A stretch of 64,000 bases of DNA, taken from the NCBI RefSeq assembly GCF_000181795.1, contig NW_003526943.1:8912849-8976848 (forward strand). The letters are read 5' to 3'. Made by a program: the position numbers and the translations under genes. Source of the stretch: Trichinella spiralis. Lineage: Eukaryota. How positions within the stretch are numbered: the first letter of the stretch is position 1; every line of letters starts with the position of its first letter. Below the pieces are notes generated by a model. That model was not told the DNA's origin. It worked only from the letters and a program-made list of their open reading frames with translations, and did no database searches. Shown here one piece after another: positions 16,163 to 28,847 of the stretch.

Positions 16163-17343
16163 GAGGATTATAATAATTTCACACAGCGTGCCGTGATTTT
16201 TAATATATACTTTTGCATTTTTTAAACTCTTGTTTAATTTATTTCCGTCACGTCTTCGGAGAATATACATGTATATGTAAATTTCCTTTATAATAATTCA
16301 TCTTTAAACACCAAGGAGCCTTTTGTTTATATGCTTTTAAAAGCACTGCATTTTTGCCGCTTCTCCGAAGTTTTTTTTGTAGTTTACACGGTAAACTTTA
16401 TAAAAAATATTATTTGTCTTATGAAACATTTTTGTCGTCAAATACGGGTATTCAATTTTTTTTAATTATTATTGCTCATAACAAATTGGCAGAATTGATA
16501 TTGTTTGCTGTGTACACTTGTTGTATTAATCTACCTGCTGGTGTGCTGGATGCACGTTGCTTGGGTGTAGATAGAGGTATTGGAAAGTAAGAATTCCATT
16601 GATAATGTCGACTTGGTCAAATTTTGGAAGTCATCATTAGTAACATGAAGAAATCAACGGGTGGTACGTTTGTATTTTATTTTTCAAATTATATTATGAC
16701 GTTGTTTGAGAAGAGGACATTGATAATTATTTAAGATGATCATTTTAATGGAAGATCAGTTTTTGACTGCTTGTAAAATTTGGCAGTTTGTGTTTCGAAG
16801 CTAATTTCTATTTGATGATGGTGGTTTGGAAGATGTTACTGCTGTAAAATTGAACGGTGAGAAAGCAGATGAAGATCACGTGTTTATTTGCATTTGTTGT
16901 GCAAATGACTTTGGAAAAGCCGAACCGCGTTGTGTTAGCAGCGTGCGTGCATGGATTTGATTACTTGATTTGTTTCCATAGTGTTTCGCAAAAATTCAAA
17001 TTGGGTGAATTAATAAAAGAATGGAGCGTGGAATATTTAATTTTGTCATTGATTTATTTATTTATTCGTTTTTTTCTGTGCGAGAAATACGCTCTCTGTA
17101 GCGTTTTTATTGTTTGTTGATGATTTGCATATTACATTGAACGAAAAAAAATATGTTTCTAGTGGTGATTGTTGTATTTATTGTTCAAGTTTTTGTTTAA
17201 TTGTTGACGGTGAGTGATTGGTTAAATGTGAAAAAGCGATCACAAAGGTGAAGAAGAGAAGAGAAGAGCACAAGGAGAAATAAGCAGCAGCAGCAGCACA
17301 GCCCGAAGTGGTGAAGTTTGTCGGCAAGGATTTGGACCGAAAA

Positions 17344-19840
17344 ATGGGCAGTGTGCTTTGGTTGGTGGTGTTGGTTTGTGTCCAGTGGATTGGGGCGTTG
17401 GACGAGCTGTTGGAACCGACGTTGTTGATTAGCGTTTTGGTTCGAAACAAAGCGCACGTTTTGCCTTACTTTTTGGGTACGTTGGACGCGTTGGATTATC
17501 CCAAACACCGGATCCAGCTGTTTATACGGCTCGATCACAGCGTGGATGATTCGGCGGAGATGTTGGACCGCTGGCTTGGTCGAGTGAATCGCAGCTATCA
17601 TTCGGTGGAATTTTCCCACGACGACGATCCCATCGGTTATGCCGGCGAACGCAGCTGGTTCGACTGGACCGAAGATCGTTATCGGGAGGTGATCCGTTGG
17701 AAGCAGTACGCTTTGGACAAGGGTCGACGTGTTTGGGCGGATTATTTGTTGTTTTTGGACAGCGACGTGCTGTTCACCGACCCAAACGCGGTGCGACTGT
17801 TGATCGCCGAGTCCAAGCCAATTGTGGCGCCGATGCTCACCTCCGTCGGTGCCTATTCGAACTTCTGGGCCTCCACCACCGACACAGGCTATTACAAACG
17901 TACCGACGATTACGATCGTCTGCTGACCAGACAGTCGGTCGGCTGTTTTGCCGTGCCCATGGTCAATTCGGCCGTGTTGATCGACTTGCGCTGGCAGGCT
18001 ACCGACAAGCTGGCCTTGGAGCCGGACCGACTGGTCGAACCGTACAACGGTCCGTTGGACGATATGCTGCTGCTGGCGGCGTCGGTTCGTCAGGCCGGCT
18101 TGCGCATGCACGTCAGCAACCGTCACCGGTACGGTGTGCTGTTGCCACCGTTGGATGTGGACGCGAGTTTGGCGGACGAGTTGGACAATTTGCAATTTTT
18201 GGTGCTCGAATCGTTGCACAATGGTCCACCGGGATTGACCACAACTCCACTGCTGGAGGCGACCGAGCAGCCGGTGCCGGGGCCGGTGGACAAGATGCAC
18301 TTCGACGAGCTCTACTTGATCAACCTTCTTCGCCGACCTGACCGACGCCTGCGGATGCTGGCCTGTTTCGCGGTGCTGGGTCTGGAGGTGCGTTTGGTCG
18401 AGGCGGTGGACGGTCGTATGCTGGAGCCGGCCGACTTGAACGCGATCGGCGTCAAGCAGATGCCCGACTACCGGGATCCGTACCACAAGCGACCGATGAC
18501 TTTGGGCGAAGTGGGCTGCTTCCTCAGCCATTACAACGTCTGGCGCGACATGCTCGACCGCGGCTACCGGCGGGCGGTGATATTCGAAGACGATCTGCGC
18601 TTTACCAGGTCTTTTCGGCGTCAAGTGGGCGTGGTCATGGCCGAACTCGACGCCAACGTCCCCGACTGGGATCTGGTCTATTTGGGAAGAAAACGGCTCA
18701 ATCCTGACCAAGATGGTCCACTGGTGGAGAATTGTTCGTTCGTATCCCACGTCGGATATTCGTACTGGACACTAGCTTATGCCCTGTCCAGAAGGTAATT
18801 TTTGCCCAATTTTGAATGTGTTGACGGTGGAAATTGTAATCTAATTTATAAATTTAAATGAGGGAATTTATTTATTTCAGTTTTTCACGACATCCATCTG
18901 GTATCATGGGTTGATTTTATCATGACTTATGTTTTATTGTTTTGATTTTTTCGTTGATTTCTTAAATCTGAGCGGTAGTTTTATTATTGATTGTTAGATT
19001 GAAAATTGTAATATTTTATGAAAGACAGGTATAATAATTTTACTTATTTCAATTGAATTTCATACAGTGTTTTTTTATATTTGGTATTACGAATTATTTG
19101 TTGTTGTTTTTTTGTTCGATAAATTTCCTTGTGCTTATTTCATCTGGAATATAAGTAATAATGCAGCTGAAGGCAATGGAAAAGAGAAAGAAGAAGCTGT
19201 ATGTTTGATTCTTATTTTGAAGTGCATATAATTTTTGAAAGCTTAACAGTAGTTGTTTATCAGTTTTTTTCGAATTATGTAAATATTTTATCACGGAAAG
19301 CTTTGCACGAAGTGGTTTGGGTGGGGGTTTTTGTGAATTCAGTTTTTCGTTGAAGCGAAATATTTTCCAAGACCAGCTTCTATTACATCACAAAAATAGC
19401 AACGATTGCGGTTGTTGCTGGTTTTTCAAATTTCCATTCTTCTACATGCAACTTTCGCGTCCGTTTTCAGAATCTGTTGTTGTTTTGACTTGAATTTGAA
19501 TAATTGTTGGTTTTTTTTCTTCATCTCAAGCGGTGCTGAGAAATTGGTGAAGGCGGAGCCGTTGAAGCAGCTGGTGCCGGTCGACGAATACTTGCCGATG
19601 ATGTTCAACCGACATCCGGAGATGAGGTGGATGTCGCGCTTCGAGCGACGCGATTTGAAAGCTTACACCGCCGAGCCGTTGCTTGTATATCCGGTGCATT
19701 ATTTTGGCGAAGAAGGCTACATCAGCGACACCGAGAACACTGGCACTGTTGGACAGCAACAGCAGCAGCAGCAGCAGCAGCAGACTTTGCGCACACCGGC
19801 AACGTCTCACAACACCGTGCAACACGCAGGCGAACTTTGA
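17344..19840 (+). CDS. Glycosyltransferase family 25 member / procollagen galactosyltransferase (COLGALT-like); exons 17344-18794 and 19531-19840
   Basis: Signal peptide, VRNKAHVLPYFLG, DYLLFLDSD, YSNFW, INLLRRPDRR, GEVGCFLSHY, IFEDD, YWTLAYALS, PVDEYLP; C-terminal HAGEL resembles an ER-retrieval signal. Confidence 0.95.
19753..19783 (+). repeat. Coding (CAG)n microsatellite giving a poly-Gln tract
   Basis: cagcaacagcagcagcagcagcagcagcag in the last GT25 exon. Confidence 0.95.
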
Positions 19841-21237
19841 ACGACCAACCGACGAGCAAGCTTTATTTATTATTAGGTTAATTTTCAATATTTTTCATCC
19901 ACTGCCTTGTCATTTAGTAAAATTTGAATATTAATTAGTATTTCGACATCATATGAATATACTTTTTTTATGTTGCTATTTCTGAGAAATACAGAAAGAA
20001 GAAAATAATGATAATAAAGTTCAACAACTTTTCAATATGTTTTTGAAGCGTTTGTTTTGTTTTGAATTTGCTATTTTGTAGCAGAAATTGTCTTTTTATT
20101 TCTATTTATTTACAGATTGTTTTCAGTATTTCTATTTTATAGATTTTGAGCAATTAATTTGATATTTAGGTTGGAAATTAATTGCAAGTAGCCAGCGAAT
20201 CGAGAGGGCAATTTGCATTTTAAGTCAATCGTCCTCTTTTGACCCGGTACGTTTGAAATATTTTATTCATTAAAAAAAAACAATTTTTTTATTAGTGTTT
20301 TTTTGCTTTTCCAATCGATACGGATTGAAATAACCGATTTCATCACGATTGATTCAAATTCTTTTTATTCGTTAAATTTTTTTTGTTAACAAAAATAGTT
20401 GAAAGTTGAATTTTTTCAATTTTTCTTTCAACTCTTCAAGTGGGCAAGTTTTTCAACTTTTCAAACTTTACAAATTGAATTCTTTTCTAACTATAATTAT
20501 CAGTTCACAAATTGCCCCTCAAGAAAAATAAATTTATGCACCATTGAATGTTTATCAAGCACATGAGCATATAATAAATACATTTAATTTTTATTTTTAT
20601 AATATGATAACAAACTGTTCGATGGGGTTTGGTTAAATTTAAATATTGTAAATTGTTGTGCACAGTTAGTTATTGGCTGTGTTTGATGTTTCAAATATGG
20701 ATGATTGATTATTCTTCATATGTGATCAATCACATAGTAGCTGAATAAAAGTTATGCATTATTTGATATTGTCAAACAAGTTTATTTGTATATTTAGTAG
20801 AAATTCTGTTTGAACAATCTTAAACTCTATTATATAATTTCCTTCAATTTGAATAATATTTCTTTATTTATTGCAACTGCAAAAATAGCGCAGAAATGCA
20901 GTTTTCACAGTGTGTTGACAGTTGTTTATTTTTTTGTTGCATGCTGACAGCAGAAAATGAGACTTGATTGTTGTTTTTTTGAGCTAACTATAGTATACTT
21001 TTTGTGCATCCTGCCAGATCAATTGGCACGTATTACAAACTTCTGTTTGGTTGCAATTTTGTACTTTATGTGCTCTGATTGTATTGATGTATGATTTAAA
21101 TTTGACAAAATTTATCGTTATAATAATTTTGTTAGTTTGGAGATTTCTTTTAAAATATGTATATAATAAATTGTAGCAAAGAAGAAAAGTACAACAACAG
21201 CAACAACGATAGAGCAGTGGGAAGGAAATAGGTGAGA

Positions 21238-22753
21238 ATGAATTGCGTTTGGCTGGACATGTTTCGATGCATGAACAATGCTGAATTGGTCACTTTCAAC
21301 GAACGTGTATTTCGAATTCGAAAACGACTCGGCGAAGGGTAACAAAAATTCATATGCATGCAATATTTTATTTATTTATTTATTTGTTTGTTTGTTTGTT
21401 TTGTTGTAGAGCTTTCAGTTTTGTTTACTTGGTGCAGGAGAGGAGTACGGGAAAGTTGTACGCGATGAAGAGGATTCTTTGTCACGATGCTGTTGAACAG
21501 CGGAACGTGGAAAACGAGGTGAAACTTTACGAATTGTTCGACCGTTGTCCGAACGTGATCTCTTGTGAAGATTTTGCCATCGGTCCGGCCGCAGCATACG
21601 AAGCGGCAATTCGGGGCCAAGGTGAATTGCAGTGTGATAAGATGGTCGAAATCAACATCCTTCTACCATATTATAAGGTAGAAATTTTTTTTTTAATGAA
21701 AACCAACCACGCCCCACATTATAATAATTTGATGGAATAAAAAAAGATTTCATCTATTTGGTTTGTTAATATTGAATTCCAAATGTTGTAGAGGGGTACG
21801 ATTCAAGATGAATTGGATTGGCGTAAAATATCCGGAGATTTTATGGCCGAAACTCGACTCCTCAGTTTGTTCAACGACATATGCAACGGCTTGAACGCGT
21901 TGCACAGCTTGAAACCGCAACCCTACGCGCACAGGTTTTGCAGTTTTTATATCATCAATTTAATAATTATATATATGAATACGAATTACTCAAAAAAATA
22001 TTTTATTAAAGAGATCTCAGACCGGCAAATGTTCTTTTGAATGATGACGATTCGGCAGTATTGATGGATTTGGGTTCGGCCAGGTTGGCCGAGTTCACTG
22101 TAGTCAACGAATGCCGGGCACGTCAGCTTCAGGACTACGCCGCGGAGCATTGTTCAATGTTTTACCGAGCCCCTGAATTGTTCGCGCCCAATGTCGGCGA
22201 CAAGCTCGACGAAAGATCCGACATTTGGGTATGTTTTTTTTCATATTTCAAATTATGATTATTTTTCATAATAATAATAATAATAATTTTCTCATCTCCA
22301 GTCACTGGGATGTTTGTTGTACGCGTTGTGTTTTTGGGAATCGCCTTTCGAGTACACGTTCGACAAAGGCGACAGCCTGATGTTAGCCGTACTGTCCGCC
22401 AATTATCGCATTCCGCCTAAATCACCGTAACTAGCTTTGTTTTCTATTCAATGAACTCAACTGATCAATTAATTTTAATATCAAGTTTTACACTTTTATT
22501 GGTATACAACTTGTTTGTTTGTATTTAATTTATTTTATATTATGCTTTTTGTGTTATCAAACTGACAAATAATTAATTATTCAAAGAAAAGAAAAACAAT
22601 TAATCAATTATTGATTGAAAGTTAATTTAATTTAATTTTATTTCTTCTTGAAGCTATTCGAAAACTGTTCACGATTTGTTAAAGTTCATGCTTGAGCCGG
22701 ATATCAATCGTCGCCCTCGACTGTCAGCTGTTATGGAACGATTGAAAAGTTGA
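21238..22753 (+). CDS. STK16: Serine/threonine kinase 16 (STK16/MPSK1, NAK family), six exons
   Basis: LGEGAFSFVYLV, YAMKRILCH, LLPYYKRGT, YAHRDLRPANVLL, LMDLGS, LQDYAAEHCSMFYRAPELF, DERSDIWSLGCLLYAL, SPF..GDSL, PDINRRP. Confidence 0.93.
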
Positions 22754-23237
22754 TGATCACCCATTTTTACCACCATACCAAGTAAAGCAGTGATTTTTTA
22801 CTTTTATTATGCCTTGCAAAAAAAACTTTTCCTGATGTCTTCTGATTAAGGAAATGGAATTCATTTTTACTTTGATTATCATTTTCCATTGATAAATAAT
22901 AAATAAATGAAACATAAAAACATCTCGAAAATAATTCCGCTTGATATATAAAATAATAAAATTTACACAATGAAGAGGAAAATTCGTTTCAAATAAAAGT
23001 AATTGCTCGAATAACTTTTTTTTTAAATTGAACATGCAATGTAGAAATTTGTTTGCAAAAAGAAGAAAGATTTAAGTTTTAAATTATAAAACAAAAATTG
23101 AAAAAATATATAGAGTATTGTATTATTTTTTAAAAAATGAAACAAATGAAAATTACTCTCGTGATAATTTTTATTCATCTTCGGTATCATTTCTCTGAAT
23201 GAATGAACAAATTTCAAATAAAGAAGCAACAACATCA

Positions 23238-24116
23238 TCACTCAACAAATTTGACAACTTTACCGTCGACCATAAATTTTGAACTTTTCGTAATAGTCTT
23301 TGCGATGAACCGTATCAACTGTTCTTCGGTATATTTACCCAAATAACGATCAGACAAAGCCAAAAGTGCAGCTTTGTACAATTTTTTCAACTTCATCTCC
23401 TTGTTCAACTGTCCCATCAAAATTTTCTTTATCACTGACTTGCACTTCGGCTTTCCCACGATCGTATCCCACTCTTCTTGTTCGCCGTTGTTCAATTTTT
23501 GCACTTTATTCGCCCCATCATTATCATCAATCTCAATATCAAGATGATGATCTTCTGATTTTCTTTTGTGATTTGATGAATCGGCAATTATTTCATTCTT
23601 CTTATTAATATTCTTCGATTGTTCATCAAATTTAGAACCATTGCTTTCAGTAATATTTGTGCAATTCTGTCCATTGTCTGCAGACGACAGTTGAGTATCA
23701 GAGATCGCTTTCCAAGCATCTTTGATCAATTTGACATCTCGTACGCGCAACGAATTCTTGATGAAATTTTCAAATTTCACCTGCTTCCTTGGGATGTTAT
23801 TGTAACTTTTCAAAGTTTCAAGCAACTGACGAAGTTTGAAATTTGACGACTTCACAGAATCAATGGCGCATTGGACGTTTTCAATCCAGCTCTGCTGTTT
23901 CAGTTCACCTTTGGTTTCTTTGTTCTCAATTGTGCCTCCGGAATATTTGGCCTCTTCCGAGATGCACTTCTTGTGCGTATTGTATTCTTCGCCTTGGAAA
24001 TCCCGCCCGCAGTCCATGCAAGAAACCACATAGCTGCGACGGCAGCGCATCCGGTGCCTCACTACTTGCACCTTTTTCACCGATTCACCGCAACCATTGC
24101 ACGTGAAAAATACCAT
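23238..24116 (-). CDS. LYAR: Cell growth-regulating nucleolar protein LYAR, single exon
   Basis: MVFFTCNGCGESVKK..H...C and SCMDCGRDF....YNTHKKCISEEAKY C2HC fingers; NIPRKQVKFENF; basic C-terminal domain ending DGKVVKFVE. Confidence 0.96.
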   Translation of the reverse strand: MVFFTCNGCGESVKKVQVVRHRMRCRRSYVVSCMDCGRDFQGEEYNTHKKCISEEAKYSGGTIENKETKGELKQQSWIENVQCAIDSVKSSNFKLRQLLETLKSYNNIPRKQVKFENFIKNSLRVRDVKLIKDAWKAISDTQLSSADNGQNCTNITESNGSKFDEQSKNINKKNEIIADSSNHKRKSEDHHLDIEIDDNDGANKVQKLNNGEQEEWDTIVGKPKCKSVIKKILMGQLNKEMKLKKLYKAALLALSDRYLGKYTEEQLIRFIAKTITKSSKFMVDGKVVKFVE

Positions 24117-25319
24117 TTCAAATCTACAATCACATATAATCCCAGAAAAATCACTTTTAAACCAATTGTCGATTCAATTTCTACACAATTTAAGCGATCA
24201 AATTTTCATAAATTTCAAACAAACTGTGCAAAAAAACAATTTAATTTTGAATTAAAACATTCAAAAAATACAAACATTAAAAATTACTTCCTATTACAAA
24301 TAATCTGTCGTAGCAATAAACATTGAAATGGAATACAAACATATTCAACGTGTTGGAATACAACTACTGCGCAATAACATCACTGCGGTTGTAATTTATC
24401 ATTTAAAATACATATTCGCAGAAAAAAACACTGAAAATGACAATCAGTAAAAACTGGCAACTTCTCATTGGATTAAAACTTGAACAACAACAACTAACAA
24501 TGATAAATGGACTGCGAGAAATTTTTTGAATGCTCAAGCGTTGAATTTCATGGTTTATTTTAAAAATGATTAAATTCAAATAAAAGAATAAAATTTCAAC
24601 ACAATAATCAAATTTATGCCAAAAGAAATACCACAAATTAGATACATATCGCAATATTAAACAAATGTCCATTACAGTAAATAATGATTTTCATGTACAA
24701 ACTATAGTACTGTAACAGTGAGAGAACGTACTTTTCTTTTCAGAATTTATTAAATAAAAATTTTCAACTGATGAAAATCAAATTAAAAAACCTAAAATAT
24801 GGAGAATATAATAATACTTTGCCTATATATTATATAAATAACGTTCTGTCAGTTAAATAAAGTATACAGTTCGGACTGAACTGAACCAAAATTCATTTCT
24901 GCATTTTACAAGATAATTCTCATTAGCACTTGTCTCTCATCTTTATCCTTGCTAAACGATTCAGTTTGGTCCAGTTCGGGAAAACCAGTAAAATAACGGC
25001 ATGAACGTTAAATGAAATAGCGCGTTCAAAGGCCAGTAAGAAAACGCGGTGAAAATTTGGTCTGAACTGGATACTTGATCATCCCTCAAAAACCATAGCA
25101 CATACTGTAATAAATTTCATTTTGCAAACTTCAAGTTGAAATGAAAGACTTTTTTAAATAAAGTGCTTTGCCTGCTTAGAGTTTTATTTAATTCGATTAT
25201 ATTTGAAAAGAAAATTATCATTTCAAAAAATGCTAAATTTATTATTACTAAAAATCTCCGTGAATCAGCAGAGATCAAAGATAACAAGTGGAACCGCGGC
25301 CTATATTAACATTCACTCA

Positions 25320-25975
25320 GCCCTCAACATTCACAGATTTCAAAACCTCCAAAACGATAGATTTTATTTTTAGACCCTAGTGTGTATGTATGCTGTGGCT
25401 TTGCAGGTTCAATGCAAAGTTGTTTCCGCTTATGAGATTTCACACCATAACAGTAGTGACAATGACTTAACCAAACTGAGAGACTAAATAACCGCTACTA
25501 ATGCTAAGATGAAAAAGATAAAAACATTCGGGTAAAGAGAAAAGAGACGCTGCGAACGGGAGGTTTGTTTACGTCAAAGATATCCCGCGACATTGCTACA
25601 TTTCTATCTTGACCTACATTGCGCAACTAGTCCAGAAACGTCTCTAAGTGCAGAATGCAAAATGCTTTCAGCTAGCAACATGCAGCGTAAAAATAATGCA
25701 AAATCTGAGTAAATGCGTAATGCATGAAGTAAATACTATAGTCACAATGTTTTTTAAAAAAATGCGCCGGACAGTCCATTTACTTCTGGCAATGATTTTG
25801 ACTATTATACACTCAATAAAACAAATAAAAAATATGGGATAAATATTTAGCATGCGAATCAGTAGATGGTCTGTAATATTATTCCTTTCAGCTTTCAGGC
25901 AATTGCATAGGATTATATAGCATCGACGACTGTATGAGCAGAAGAGGTAAGTATTTGCAGAAATTCGACATTTGC
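25320..25975 (+). repeat. Left arm of a long inverted repeat (partner 35940-36590)
   Basis: e.g. ggacagtccatttacttctggcaatgattttgact (about 25769) is the reverse complement of agtcaaaatcattgccagaagtaaatggactgtcc (about 36118); colinear over about 650 bp. Confidence 0.9.
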
Positions 25976-26401
25976 TGAACGCCTTACCGGTAAAAAAATT
26001 AAAAAAATTTTTTTCAAAGCCTTTTCAGAAGCTTTCTCTTTAAAAGTGATTAAATTGTAGCAATAATTTGCAATTTAATTTGGCTGCTTATAATTTTTTG
26101 AATTTTTTTGAACACAATCGACGCTGCTTATTATTAAAATTTAATCATTTGATGAAAAAGCAAAACAAAGCCTGTTCATTTCCATTTCTTTCCAAATAAT
26201 TTCTAAATTTGTAATGCCAAAATAGTTAGAAGCGGTTAGAAAACAGTTTCTCCATAACAAATAGCTATTCTATAATGTTCATATGTAAAGATAATTAAAC
26301 ATAAACTGTAATTTTTAAGAAAAAAAAACTTTTGGTAAGTAATATTGCTTATGGTGTAGATTTTTTATGGTAGTAAAGAAAGTTTGAGATGATGGACGCT
26401 T

Positions 26402-27693
26402 TCACACATTTGCCGATTGCCATTGAGAATGAATATAAGTAAGTTGAGCAAGCTTTTCATCGAATCGAGCATCTTCAGTTTCCAACAAATGATCGCATAA
26501 GTTTTGCAAAACAACGTGAATCATTTGGAAGCGTTCCTCGTCTGTTCGTGGTGTGGTCGATGGTTCCACTTTTTCTTTATTTGCTTGTTTATCATTTACA
26601 ACGGATACTGATTTATCAGTCGCAATTTCAGCTGTTGCTGAGCGATTATCTTGATCAGAAAATGGACCAACATTGCGATTTGAAATCGATTCTAAAGTCT
26701 GACTGTTGGCAAAGACAGTTGAAGGCAACGGTGGACTGAAACTCCAAGGCGTGTTTGCAAGATTTTGTCTTCTGTGACGCCTACATTTTTCAGCAAATTT
26801 TTTATAAGCCTCTGCCGACACAGAATGACCTGAATGTTCATCATGCAAAGTAGCTATGCGTAAAGCATGCTCGTCCCAACTGTAAGTGAGTCGCAACATT
26901 GCCTTGCAGCCGGAAGATAAATAATATTTCTTTCGGTTTTGAGGACGATCTAAAAAGAAAACTCATTTCATAAGCCTTAACATTTGCATGGCTGTCACTT
27001 GGATTTTTCTAGTTATATTGTATTCCCTGTTATTATTTGGAAGTGCTGTTATAAATTTTTACATTTTTGTGCCAAACGTTTTACGAAGCTCTGTCACTTA
27101 TAGCTTGAAGTGTTATTTGTTTACTAGATCAACTCTAATTTAACAAATTATTGTTCCTTGTTTTGCTTTGTTCTATCTCTCACTTCTCTTCGTATGTATG
27201 GAAAATTATACTGCATTTAATAAAACCAGAGTGAATATTAAATAATGTTCTGTTTTTAAAATATTCTTTGATAATAAAAGTAAGAAATCAATAATTTACC
27301 TCCAAAACGTGGTTCACCGTAGTGCACGCATTGGTAGATGATGTACCGGTATCTGCAAACTGGATCAATGCCGGTGTCTACTGAGCGTAAAGTTTCTGAG
27401 CCGACTACTCGTAAAGGGTGAAAATACTTGGATTTCCAAGCATTAAATGCTCGTTCAAATTCTAAGAAAGATTTGAAACGACGACCAACTTGGATATCTG
27501 AAATTTGCGTCGCTGACAAGCGACTTGCTTCATGTTGTCTATTTGATGGGCGTAGACTTTCCACAACGTCCATGTTGGCTACTTGGGATGATGAAACTGA
27601 TCTTTCTTCAGAAACTGAACATGACTGCATTGTTAACTGGCCGCACCAGATGTTTTCTGATGTAAAACGTTTTTCATCTTGCGCTCTATCCAT
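26402..27693 (-). CDS. ZSWIM3-N/FAR1-like (WRKY-GCM1 fold) Mutator-derived DNA-binding protein; exons 27693-27300 and 26949-26402
   Basis: A GT-AG intron joins IQVGRRFKSFLEFERAF...YRYIIYQCVHYGEPR to DRPQNRKKYYLSSGCKAMLRLTY...LHDEHSGH (C..C..HxxH); C-terminal helical ERFQ..LQNLCD..FDEKLAQL..W; no DDE domain seen. Confidence 0.8.
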
Positions 27694-28649
27694 TTATCAG
27701 TATTCGACACTGTAAAACTAAAATATTTCATTCATTTATTAATTAATTGGTAAATTAAAACGCTATTGAAATTGTGCAAGTGAAAATGAAATTCATGCAA
27801 AAACAAAATGAATATACACGTAAATAACCATGATCATATTATTCTGCTATAATATATTCAGAATGAACGCTAAAAGTCAAATGAAATTAAGCAGCGGAAA
27901 ATCTGAATACGAGTCAAGGTTTTATAACAGACTGGCAGAGTAAATGGTTAAATTTTACGGTATAAAAGTTTAAATTATTATTTGACGAAATGAATATGAA
28001 GAAGAAGAATGCAAAATAAGATGGAAAAAAGATTGAATAATAGAAGGCAAATTGTCTGAACACAAGTAGGAGAATCACAACCGAAATGGCCGTCTGCTGA
28101 AACACTGACTGACGACTCGCTGGTTAAATGAATAAGAGTAACTAGTCATGCTCATGCTGCAACAACCGTGTTTTTAGCCCAGCTCGACAGCTTTCAGATG
28201 TGGATAGACCTGAATGGAAAGCGTCAAACAAGCAAAAATAATGTGCTGTGCCGTGTCAACATTTGACTGACCAGCTGCAGTAGGGTTGTTGCTGTTAGCT
28301 AGCTGTGTGAGCTTTCTTATTTGTCAGCAGAATTCAAGGTCATTTGAGATGAGACATTTGAGCCAATGAGATACTCCAGCCAACTGCATGCATTGGATTC
28401 AAACGGCGCTAGCTGCTAATTTACCCTTTGGCTTGTATTGTATGCATCAAGCAAGGCTAGAAAACGGCCAAAGTTGATTGCTTTTGCTATACGCAGCTCG
28501 TGAAAAGCTGAACGTCTAAAAGCGCATCATCGTTTGCTGCCGCTGACCTACGTCATAAGCCAGCATTTTTTAATCCATGCACAGCCTGAGTCCACATTCT
28601 CTCATTCACTCATCTTCACCTACGTTACATGACAATTCAGACCGTCTGT

Positions 28650-28732
28650 AATTCATTCATTCATTCATTTTACCAAACTATCTGTCTATCTTTCTATCTA
28701 TATGCCTATCTATTTATTTATCTAACTATCAA
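28650..28732. repeat. (TTCA)n and degenerate (TCTA)n microsatellites
   Basis: attcattcattcattcatt; ctatctgtctatctttctatcta...ctatctatttatttatcta. Confidence 0.85.
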
Positions 28733-28847
28733 CATACACATATATTTTAACAATATTTTATGATTTTTACTCAAAACTTTTCCCGTTTTTTCCTTTTGTG
28801 CGTTATTTAAAATTTCATATATGGCAAAATATCTATTGTTGTAGATA

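Noticed and set aside
17197..18750. 517-aa antisense ORF over GT25
   Set aside because: Shadow ORF of a GC-rich exon; no recognisable motifs, and the sense frame explains the region
24868..24980. Short imperfect inverted repeat (ctgaactgaaccaaa / tttggtccagttcgg)
   Set aside because: About 15-20 bp with mismatches and no TSD; insufficient to call a MITE
25648..25853. Short ORFs duplicated at 36101-36292 as a small protein family
   Set aside because: Similarity follows from the DNA repeat; indels shift frame between copies and no motif is evident
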